Below are positions 52,801 through 62,832 of a stretch of DNA of 64,000 nt, one piece after another. The DNA is from Fimicolochytrium jonesii. Its lineage: Eukaryota. The notes under the pieces are model-generated. The model saw only the letters and a program-made list of their open reading frames with translations. It did not search any database and was not told where the DNA came from. The translations under genes and the position numbers were made by a program. The stretch spans positions 2,170,001 to 2,234,000 of the forward strand of contig NW_026515668.1 of assembly GCF_025526975.1 (NCBI RefSeq), written 5' to 3'. Within the stretch, counting starts at the first letter, position 1. Each line of letters starts with the position of its first letter.

Positions 52801-53986
52801 CGGGATTGTTGTATGAGATGGCTGGTGACAAGAAGGAGGCAATGAAGGCGTATCAGGAGGCGCTGATGTGGCAGGAGACGATGGCGACGGCACGGGAGGT
52901 GGGCTTCTCTGAGCAGGAGATTGCGAATATTGCTGTCGAGCTTGCAGGTGAGGACTATCCATTCGTCTGGTATATGGTGCAGCATAGATGCTGGAGGAAG
53001 CGAAATCTTATATATGATATCCTAGATGAGATGACGAGGAGATTACAATACCGTGATGCGGCTCGTGTCTTGCTTGATCACGCAAAACGGCCAGTTGCTG
53101 CGATCAAAACCTTGGCAAAGGGGTCGCTATGGGCCGAGGCCTCGCGCACTGCGTATCTGCTTGATTTGCCGAATTTGGTCGATGAGGTTATCAAGCCGAG
53201 GGTGCTCGAAGGTTGGCATTCAGTAGCCGCATTGGTTCTTCGGCATGGACGGTCTACTAATGTGTCATTCCAACAGCCTGCACACAACTCCTCGAAGAAA
53301 TCAAGGAGATGTCGGCAGACCTCACCAAACGGCACGACCGCCTCCGACGCTTCCGAATCGAAAAAGCCAAGGCACTTGCCACCCTGTCCGACCCCTCCTC
53401 AGAAGCAAACGACCCATCCCTCGACAACATCGACATGTTCTCCGACACAACCTCCATGGCCACAACGCGCATCACAGCCTACACAGGCTACACCAGCTCC
53501 GTCGGCTCCCGCGCCACAGCACGCACAGCCAGGACCGCAAAAGCCAGACGGAAAATGGAGCGCAAGCGCGCCACAGGCCGCGACAAGGCGTTTGAAGACG
53601 AGTATCTCATGAACTGCATCAAGACCCTCATGGAACGCAGCAACGCTATGCGGCCGGACGTGCTGGCTCTTGTTCGCGCTTTGGCGAGGTATGACAGGCA
53701 AGAGGATGCTGTGGCGATGCAGACGCAGTTTGCGGCGTTGGTGAGGAGGTTTGAGGATGCGTTGCCGGATGTGTTCCCTGATGTGGGGGCGACGAATGCT
53801 GTACCGGTTGGGGCGCCTGGGGAGACGACGGAGCAGTTTAAGCATAGGTTTATGGATGCTGCGGCCAAGGATTTGGATGCGGGTGGGGATGGGGTGTTGG
53901 GCGATGCGGTTGCGCAGCAGACGCATGTGCTGCCTGCTAGGCCGACTTTGTCGGATGCGCCGTTCTCAATGGCGATTTTGGGATAG
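49815..53986 (+). CDS. ELP1: Elongator complex subunit 1; two short introns near 52948 and 53211
   Basis: WSPDQEL, GWGRKETQFHGSEGK, SWRGDGQYFA, WRPSGNLIAS, FFEKNGLRHGEF, NYYWYLKQE, RRVERGS, LQMPRGNLETVYPR, SQKDPREYLPFL and a basic C-terminal tract. Confidence 0.97.
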
Positions 53987-54235
53987 CATTTGTACTGGGA
54001 TGTGGGTGGGATTTACTGTAGTCTTTGTTTAGATAGAAGATGTAGAAGCCACCCCAAAAGGTAGTTTCCGATTAAGCACGCCGTATCCTCGGTCCTCGTG
54101 GACTACTGTCACCGTGATATAGACATACCAGACGGTCCGTCTATGCTAATCTATTCGCAAGAGCTACAAGCTACTTCCCATCCTACGTACGTTTGCTGAT
54201 GCCGGGCAAGATGGCGCTACTCGAACAGAAGATGC

Positions 54236-55523
54236 TCACCGCACTGCGGTCGAGCAGTCCTCCTTGCTATTGTTCCAAGCGACGCAGTCTTCGAATTTGA
54301 CGCCTGTGCCTCCAAAAAGGTCGAGCGCGCTGGATGCATCGCGAGAACGATCGATAGAAAGGTCAACGAGGGCACCCCGGCCATCGGCTGGGCCCGAGAA
54401 GGGCGCTTGAAGTACGCAATCCGTCGCGAATCTCACCTTCCGTAAGTCAGATCCACTTTGCCGTTCGATAACCCCTCGACTAGCGAGAGATCGGATATGT
54501 CTGAAGGATAGGACGAACAGATCGCAGGTGAGCATCAAGCAGCAGGTTTCTGGAGGCTATCCAGCTCTCGATATCGCACATACCTTTCCCTCCGCCTGCA
54601 TACGTGACTGGAATCGTGCACCACTCGCCAAGCCCTGCAATCGAGCGAAACACAACTAAGTCCCAGATTTCCCCACGCAAGCAGCGCCATCATCCCTAGA
54701 CTACCCACGTTGCACAAGTTCTTCATCGATCCCTTGACACAGTCCCTCCACGTCGGCTGCGTGTACAAGGAACTCGCTACAGAAGCGAGCCATAATCGCT
54801 AACGACTCGGCGTTGACTTCGGTGGCGGTTGGCGTTTGCCATTTGTTCATCGCTATGATCCACTTGTCGTCTCGTCGTTTGCAGCTAGGATCGAGGGCCG
54901 TGAGCTATCCGTCCAAGTGTACTCCATTCGAACTGGTATAGTGGAAGCTCCAATATACCTCACATCGACGACCAGCGCGTCCTTTCCGATCTTTTCCGAT
55001 AGCGCTTTTAAGCGTTCTAGGCTGAACTTTCCTTCTGGAAACAGCCAGCTCGTTACTATCACCTGATTTGTGGCAGAAATGTACTGCTTGGTTAATACGG
55101 CATGGTCTTCTCCCTCAGCGCAATCACATGCATCCTACTTTATCAGCCCCAGCATCCAGCCACTCCACCGCATTATCGATAGTTATTCCACCTCCAATTT
55201 GTAGTCCTTTAGGCCAGGCGGCCAGCGCCTCTTTGGCGGCAGCGTCGTTATTTGTACCAAGCTTTATAACGTGAGCTCCGCGGAGTTTGTGCGTGCGGTA
55301 GAGCTGGGCATAATAGGCTGGCGGGTGACTATGGAGCCGAGTAAGACATTGTAAACAACAAGCGTTCCGAGGAGAAAGCCATAGCAACGTCGGGTGACCC
55401 ACTTACCGACCTTGCGACGAAGTTAGTCTTAAGAGTTGAAGGCTCCGTGGTGCTGAGCGATCCTCCGACGATCTGCTTCACTTGACCCTCGTGCAAGTCG
55501 ATACAAGGACGAAATATGGTCAT
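54236..55523 (-). CDS. HIS6: ProFAR isomerase (histidine biosynthesis), multi-exon
   Basis: [90 protein letters not shown]. Confidence 0.96.
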
Positions 55524-55877
55524 CGTGACAGGCAGCCCCGGCTCGAAATCAGTCTCAGCTCTAGTCTCCGGCGAATGTCGATGCCTCTCCCAGAAAGCGA
55601 AAGCCTCCAAAGTGACATTGACGGGTGAGTCATGCCATAGGGTTATTCTGGCACGGGATGGAAGCTTCCCAACTGCTATATGGTCCCACTGTATGGCCCC
55701 CTCTTTCTTCCTGTTGTTGCGTTTATGATTTTTCTTTACTGATACCGCATAGTATTTCATTGTCATATACCTGATTAATATATTTCCCTGTCGTTGGATA
55801 TAACATAAACGACGTCGCTTTGGGGGATGGTCGCTTAAGACCAGCGGCTCTGCCAAAAATACTTTTCGAGGTCCATG

Positions 55878-56253
55878 CGAAGCAAACATTTCTCCCGAGA
55901 AGCGAACATAATGGCAGCGTGCGCAACAAAACGCAACCTTTTTCAGCCAGTTCGCACGAAACGCAAACATTTCTCCCGAGGATGTTTGAAACGCAAACAT
56001 TTCTTCCGAGGATCAAACATCTATTGAACCTTTCTTCCCAAGAGCAAACATTTCGCGTGTGGCGTGCATGAAATTCAAACATTTCCCCAAGGAAAAGATG
56101 TCAAAAATTGTCAGCGAGCACGCTGCGCCACATAGCATTCCCGTCACATGCGCTTTTACGTGTTTTATCAAACATTTCCCCAAGGAAAAGATGTCAAAAA
56201 CTGTCAGTGTGTCCCCTGCGCCACATAGCGTTCCCATCACGTGCGCTTTTACG
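55878..56253. repeat. Array of CAAACATTT motifs with a ~90-bp imperfect direct duplication
   Basis: CAAACATT(T/C) at about 55883, 55964, 55994, 56014 (variant), 56045, 56076 and 56169. TCAAACATTTCCCCAAGGAAAAGATGTCAAAAA...GCGCTTTTACG occurs twice (about 56075-56160 and 56168-56253). Confidence 0.9.
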
Positions 56254-56364
56254 TTTTTTTCTTTCGACGGCGGTGGGAACTGACCATTCAGGATTTGGGC
56301 TATGGGAGCGACAGAGGAGCAGATACAAATACAGCTATACCACATTGGGACGGGGGGGATTGAC

Positions 56365-56426
56365 GGTGGGAATACATGGTGGAATAAAGAGGGTGGAATA
56401 TCGATGGGAATATAGGCGGGGAATAT
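56365..56426. repeat. Five spaced GGAATA motifs
   Basis: ggtgggaata, ggtggaata, ggtggaata, gatgggaata and gcggggaata at about 11-14 bp spacing. Confidence 0.75.
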
Positions 56427-56494
56427 GGCCGGTTGATTATGGGCGGGCTCCTGAACTGACAATTCACAGCAAGCTCAAGAAGGAGGGAGAAACG

Positions 56495-57595
56495 CTACAA
56501 AAGCCCATACGCCAAGGGTCCTTGACGACGGATTTCGGCCAAACCGTCCCAGAGGGGGCCGCCAAACGGGTTTGGGGACCGGGGGCTACCGTGCTTGTCA
56601 AGCAAGTCTGTGGGAAAGTAGAAGGTCAGCTGTTTGGAGCACGAGCTGTATTCGGGAAGCTTTTGGCCCTCATCAAAGCGAAAGTAAACGTAGATTTGCG
56701 TCGGGAGTACGTGAGAACCTGTGACGGCGTGGACGACATCGTCCAGCGTCTGGTCCTTCAGAACTTCTTTCAATGCACGTCGGAAGAGCTGTGCGGCGGT
56801 TTTGCAAGATCCCGGCTCATTGCAGAGATTCGCATGTGAATTCCAGACAACGGGAAATGTTATCATACGTGAGCAGTACAGGCGCGAATAACGACATGAC
56901 GACTCCGCATGGGACCGAATGGAGGATTCCGACAAATTCCACGCCCATCCCCTTTACCATGTCGGCCATCGGGCCATCCCTACTTGCGTACAGCACATGG
57001 TATTCGATCGAACGCAAATGGCGGTCGGCGTTTTCCCAGAACGTCCAGAGATCATTCCAGCTGCGGCGAAGCCGCTGCGGACGGTCTGCATCATTCACGT
57101 AAGTTGGAACATGAAAAGGCACACCCAGTCGCTCAACGCATGCCCTGAGTCTACCGACAAAAGAACGGACTCGGTAAACCGTTCACTGAGGGCGGTCAAG
57201 AGCACTGCAACGTCGAGTACATACCTGGCCTCCCATGTTTCACGCTTTGTTTTGCGGTCGATCCCCTTGTCACGCATACCGAACAGTACTTTGCCGAGTT
57301 CCTTGTCAAAGAGCTTCACCGTTTCCGCGGTGATCTGCCCATAATGGGGGAGGTGGATACCCGAGCGATTGTGGCTGTGGTGGAGGTAGTTTACGAAACC
57401 GGGATGGAGCGTTGTCGGAAAGATTCGAGCCCAGCGATAGGCACATACAATGACCCGCCCAAGCATCTCGTACATGCCGTCCAAGGGATACGCCGAGTTG
57501 TGAGGCGATGCCACCGGTAGCAGCATATCCTCGCCTTCAAACCACGGCGTATCCTCCTTGCCGAAGTAGTGATCGATGAGGGCCTGAAACACCTC
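56495..57595 (-). pseudogene. HECT-type E3 ubiquitin ligase-like gene, 3' part; truncated by LTR insertion and frameshifted
   Basis: N-lobe-like EVFQALIDHYF...WFEG...LLP...YEMLGRVI...FP. GT-AG intron 57224-57151 restores frame. Frameshift near 56825. C-lobe-like VTGSHVLP...LPEYSSCSKQL (catalytic Cys position) and terminal AYGLL*. Confidence 0.65.
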
Positions 57596-58138
57596 TGTTA
57601 TGATCTCGACGACTGAGGCGGAAGCGCAGTAGAGAAGACAAGGCGAGAGCGATGGGCGACAAGAGATTGTATTGGCGAAACAAGAGACAAGTACTAGAAC
57701 AAGAGATGAGAAGAACTGGTGTTGATCTGCTGGGGAGGAAGGGAATGGACGAAGAGAGGCCGGCTATTTATAGATAGGTAACCCAGCGGATCAGAGAACA
57801 ACAACAACAAGAGGGGACTGGGGGGGCGCCAGCTATGCTCCTAGAGCGGGCGTGGCAAGCGTAGAGAGCATTGCTACAGCTGCTGGCTATGGAGAAGTAG
57901 TGGGGGCTGTGGAGAAGCCGTAGGGGGGATTGGCAAAATGAGAGGAGAGAGGAGGAGTGGCGATATTGCGGGAGGATTGGCAAAATGAGAGGAGAGAGGG
58001 GGAGTGGCATTGACATTGATATTGACATTGACATTGACACTGACATGGACACTGACATTGACATTGGCGTTTGACATTGGCGGTTGTCAGTGTGCTGTCA
58101 TGAGGTAAGCTTATGGTATGGGCGCGTCGTCCATAACA
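57596..58138 (-). repeat. 3' LTR of element 1 (543 bp)
   Basis: Bounded by the inverted repeat TGTTATG...CATAACA. Preceded on the minus strand by the polypurine tract AAAGGGAGGGG-TGA. TATA-like TATAAATAG at about 57764-57772. Confidence 0.88.
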
Positions 58139-58150
58139 TCACCCCTCCCT

Positions 58151-61100
58151 TTAGCGGCGGCGGCGGCGGCGTCGAGTCTGGCCGGGTTGCAGGGGAGGTG
58201 CTACGGGGACAGAGGAAGGCTTGTTAGGGTACGCGCTGTGGAAGTCCTTGAGGAGTGCGTCGGTATGGGTGAGGTGTTCCACGGGCTCCCAGGTGTTCTC
58301 GGAGTCAGGCCAGCCCTGCCATTTGACCAAGTACTGAAGGCGACGACGATGGATGCGAGAGTCCAGGATGGCTTCGACAACCCACTCTTCTTGACCCTCA
58401 ACGGTCTCTGGGGCCACGGGTTCGGGTTCGTGTCGTTCGGGGATGGTGAAGCGGGGTTCGAGAAGCGAGACATGGAAGACATCATGGATTTTGCACGTAG
58501 GCGGGAGCTTGAGCCGGTAGGCGACTGGATTGATCTTTTCAACGATGGGAAATGGCCCAATCTTGCGATGGTCAAGTTTCTGAGAGGGCCGGGTTGTCTG
58601 GAGGTTTTTGCGGAGGAGCCAGACGTGGTCGCCAGGCTTGAAGTCCGGTCCAGGAATTCGTTTGGCGTCGGCGTAGCGCTTCATTTGGTCTTGGGCTTCC
58701 TTGAGCTCGAGGGCGAGCTGTTCATGGACTGCCCTGATTTGTTTAGCGCGGGCTTCAGCGGCGGGGTTGACGGATTCGGAGGTAGCAGAGGCCGCGAAAC
58801 TGAAGCAGGGGTGGAGACCCTTGTTGGCGTAGAAGGGGGTGATCTGGGAGGCGGACTGATGGGTGTTGTTGTAGGCGAACTCGGCGGACGACAGATGCTG
58901 TTTCCAGTTGTCCTGTTGGTGGTTGCAAAAGCATCGGAGATACTGCTCCAGGATCTGGTTGGTGCGTTCCGTCTGGCCATCGCTCTGAGGGTGGAAGGCC
59001 GAGGAGAGGTTGGCTTTTGCCCCAAGGAGTTCGAGAAGTCGACGCCAGAACCGGGACTTGAACTGGGGTCCTCGGTCAGAGATGACGTCGTCGGGGAGGC
59101 CGTGGAGACGGATGATGTTGTGGAAGACTAGGTCGGCGGTGGATTCGGCGGATTCTGACTCGCTGCAGGCGATGAAGTGGGCCATCTTGGTGAGGCGACA
59201 GTTGACGTTCAGGATGGAGTCGTACCCGTCCACGGGAGGCAGACCGGTGATAAAGTCCAGGGACCAAGATCCCCAAGGGCGGGTAGGGATACTGTTGGGC
59301 TGGAGTAGGCCATATGGTTTGTGTCGACTGGATTTCGCTTGGCTCCAGGTATCGCAGGACTTGACGTAGGCCTTGACGAAGCGCCACTGGCTGGGCCACC
59401 AGTAGTTGCGGGAGGCGAGTTCGAGCGTCTTGGACATCCCAAAGTGGCCGGCTAGGGGTGTATCGTGCATGTCGTGGCAGACTTCAGCTTGGAGCTCGTT
59501 GGTGGGGACATAGACTAGGTTATCGTGCAGCAGGATCCCATCTTCATCTGAGAACCGCTTGATACGATCTTGGGTTTCCTCGGTTCGTTGGGCGAGGGGT
59601 ATCTTGAGCTTTTCGCGAATGGTCTTAGCAAGGGGATCAGAGGCCTGGGCGGCCTTAATCTTGTCAAGCAGCGTGGTATCCAGGGGTGTGAGGTAGGCCG
59701 CGGCGAGTCGAAGGCGTTGGGGAGTCAAAATTGTGGTTGCCTGGGAGCGGAACGCTTCTTCCCCCTCTTTTAGCTCATGTTCGGAGCGTCGGGAGAGGGC
59801 ATCGGCTTGGTGCTGCTGGGAACCGGGGCGATAGGTAATGACAAAGTCAAAATCCGAGAAGAATATCGACCAGCGGGCTTGGCGGCGGTTCAGGGTGCGG
59901 GTGGTCATGAAGTACTGAAGGTTTTTGTGGTCGGAGTAAACGGTGATCTTGTGACAGGCGCCAATGAGATGGTGGCGCCACTGGGCAAAGGAGTCTTGGA
60001 TGGCCAGAAGTTCCTTGTCGTAGATCTTCGTAGTTGATCTCTTCGGCCGTGAATTTGCGAGAGTGGAAGGCCACGGGGTGGAGCTGATTGTCCTGGTCAA
60101 GTTGGAGGAGAACTGCGCCAAGAGCGAAGTCGGAGGCGTCAGTTTCGACGAAGAAGGGCTTCTCTGGGTCAGGGTGAGCAAGGATGGGAGCGGTGGTGAA
60201 TGCTTTCTTCAGGTTCTCGAAGGCGGTGTTTGCGGCGGGTGTCCAGGCGTACGGGATGTCTTTCCGGGTCAGGGCTGTGAGCGGGGTAGCGATCTTGGAA
60301 TAACCTTGGATGAATCGGCGATAGAAGTTGGCAAAGCCGAGGAACCGCTGGACGCCTTTGACAGTCTTGGGAGGTTCCCAATCCGTGATGGCAGCGATCT
60401 TCTTGGGGTCCATCTGGATGCCTTTCTTGGAGATGATGAAGCCTAGGCACCCAATGGATTCGCGGTTGAATTCGCACTTCTCTGGTTTGGCGTACAACCC
60501 ATGCTGTCGGAGGTGGGACAAGACTTCGCGGACATGTTTGGGGTGATCTTCGGGGTTCTTGGAGAATATCAGGATATCGTCGAGGTAGACGACAACAAAC
60601 ACATCGAGAATGTCGCAGAAGATGTCGTTCATCAGGTACTGGAAGACGCCAGGAGCATTGCTGAGTCCAAAGGGCATGACATTGTATTCGAATAGGCCGT
60701 AGCGGCAGCGGAAGGCGGTCTTCCATTCATCGCCCGGGCGCATGCGTAAGAGATTATAAGCGCCGCGGAGGTCGATCTTGGTGAGACAGCGGGCGCCGCC
60801 CAAACAATCCATGATACCGTTGATCAGGGGCAAGGGGTAGCGATTCTTCACTGTGATGCTGTTCAGGCCTCGATAATCGACGCAGAGGCGGAGAGAACCG
60901 TCCTTTTTCTTCACAAATAAGACTGGCGCACCGGCAGGGGACTTTGAGGGTTTGATGAATCCTTTGGCGAGGTTTTCTTCGAGGTATTCGCAGAGTGCCT
61001 TCATTTCTGGTTCGCTGAGGCTGTAGATCGGGCCGAAAGGTGGCTGCTTGCCTTCTTCCAGATCGATTGGACAGTCGTAGGGCCGGTGCTCGGGGAGAGT

Positions 61101-62065
61101 GTCAGCATTTCTCTTCTCGAAAACGTTAGCGAAGTCTTGATACTCGGGGGGCAGGAAGTCTTTGATGTCTTTCTCGGGTGTCGGGGGGTTACTGGGGCTA
61201 GGCAAGGCCGGGAGATCGGGTTTCGCAGGGTTGGCGTAGGCGACAAAGACCTGGTCATGCCTTGCTGCGACCCGGAAGGCTGGGGCGGAAATAAACGAGA
61301 CTTGGAGCGGCCTGGGAGCCGGTTCTGGGGTGCTGGAGCGAGATACCTTGGGTACTGGAATCGACCATGTTTCGTCGACGGGGACTTCATCCTGGGGGAT
61401 GCGGATCAAGGGCTCGGGGGTTCTGGCGGGTGCTGGGCTCGGGGGTGCTGGAGAGTTGTCCCAATTCGCGAATTCATGGTACTGACAGTCGCAACGGAAA
61501 CCGACCGAAAGGTTCTTGAAGCCAAGGTTAATGTCGTGGAGGCGGAGCCAGGGGAGACCAAGGAGGATTGGAGCATGGGGTGATTTGGTGACATGGAAGA
61601 CGAGTTCTTCGAAGTGGTCATCGACCCACATGCCTACTGGTTGGATGTGATGGGTGATTGGCCCAGCTGAGCTGGGTTGACCGTCAAAGAGTTCGATCGT
61701 CAGGGGACGCTGATGATGAACTAGGGGGATGCGGTGCTTGCGGGCAAAGTCCTCGTCGATGAAGCAGGACAGGGCCTCGTTGTCGATCATGGCTGAGGTA
61801 GGTATCGGGGCACGGCTGGATGATACCATGATGGTAACGGGGTAGTTGAAGGGTTTGGCAGGACCCAGTGCAAGCATGGCTTGTGGGTTAATTTCGGAGT
61901 TCTTGACATGGGCAGCGGCTAGGAGGGTTGTGTCGGCTATAACGGAGTCGGGAACCAGGGGGGTGGCCTCTTCCGTTGCAGGAGCTGCGAGGTTAGGAGG
62001 CCCGGAGGAGTGTGTGTTGTCCAGTTGCTGGGGCTTTACTGCGGCTGGACCTTGGGAAACCCCTG
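58151..62065 (-). pseudogene. pol: pol of element 1 (PR-RT-RH-IN-chromodomain), -1 relative to gag, with internal frameshift
   Basis: ORFs 59847-61877 and 58151-60181 join at INYE(+1 nt)IYDKELLAI near 60027. Protease site reads DNEA instead of DSGA. Integrase zinc finger reads CDTW. Upstream boundary is approximate. Confidence 0.9.
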
Positions 62066-62290
62066 TTCCGTGGAGGGTTCTTTGATGTTGACGTTGGCGG
62101 CACGGGTGGTGGTCTTGTTCTTGGCTGGGCAGGCCTTTGCAATGTGCCCCGCGCCACCGCAGTAAAGGCAGAGGTTGTTGGAAATGCGGCGTTGGCGTTC
62201 CTGGGGGCTCAGAGGGCCGCGGGGACGGGCGGCGTCAATCTGCATGGGCTCGCTGTGGTCGACGGTGGTGTTAGTGGTAAACGAGGTATG
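62036..62290 (-). pseudogene. gag: gag 3' fragment of element 1
   Basis: [44 protein letters not shown] is a typical chromovirus gag tail (PMxID, CCHC knuckle). The upstream part is replaced by an LTR. Confidence 0.88.
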
Positions 62291-62820
62291 TGTTATGAAT
62301 GGGCGGAGCCGATGGAAATAGAGGCGGCTTGGGGTGCAGGTTGTTGACAGGTAATGGTATTCAGACCGAAACAAGAACTAGAACAAGACTAGGAAGAACT
62401 GGTGTTGATCTGCTGGGGGATCAGGAAGTGGGGAGCTCAGGGGAGGCGGCTATTTATGTTTTTCTGGGAAGGCTGGGGAAGCGTGGGGAAGCAGAAGGGT
62501 ACGGAATGAGAGGGAAGCCAAGAGAAGCGCCAAGGGTGGGGAAGCATAGAAACAGAAGACTGGGGATGGGGTGGCTACGCTGAGGCTGTGGGCGGGTACG
62601 TGGGGAAGTATGGAGAAGGGTTTGTAAGCGCCGAGTGTTGGGAGGTGTGGCTACGTGCGGCTGCGTGGAGAAATGAAGGCAGTGGCAGGTGTGGGGTAGC
62701 GCGGCTGCGTGTGGCTGCGAGGTTTGGCAGATGTCAGGTTTTGACAGGGAATTGACATTGACTGACTGTTGGGATGCTGTCATGAGGTAAGCGCATGGTA
62801 TGGACGCGTCGTCCATAACA
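62291..62820 (-). repeat. 3' LTR of element 2 (530 bp)
   Basis: TGTTATG at 62291 and CATAACA ending 62820. Shares the terminal ~45 bp, GAAGAACTGGTGTTGATCTGCTGGGG and GGCTATTTAT with LTR1; the rest is divergent. Confidence 0.88.
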
Positions 62821-62832
62821 TCACCCCCTCCT

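Larger units (their letters stand above)
57596..62290 (-). mobile_element. Ty3/gypsy chromovirus LTR retrotransposon (element 1), visible 3' portion, degenerate
   Basis: gag C-terminus with zinc knuckle [14 protein letters not shown], protease, RT (LRLCVDYRGLN, YLDD), RNase H, integrase, chromodomain, PPT and 3' LTR. Confidence 0.96.

Noticed and set aside
55878..56253. Possible CRISPR array
   Set aside because: Repeat length and spacing are irregular, intervening sequences are themselves duplicated, there are no cas genes and the context is eukaryotic.
55329..56839. ORFs of 223 aa and 243 aa spanning the repeat block
   Set aside because: Their repetitive peptides derive from the DNA repeats. 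Only the HIS6 exon portion is credible coding sequence.
58118..59131. 337-aa plus-strand ORF
   Set aside because: Antisense shadow of the retrotransposon integrase.
57596..62820. LTR1 and LTR2 as the paired LTRs of one element
   Set aside because: They are internally divergent, LTR2 has its own upstream PPT and integrase, there is no PBS or gag 5' end after it, and the flanks do not match as a TSD.
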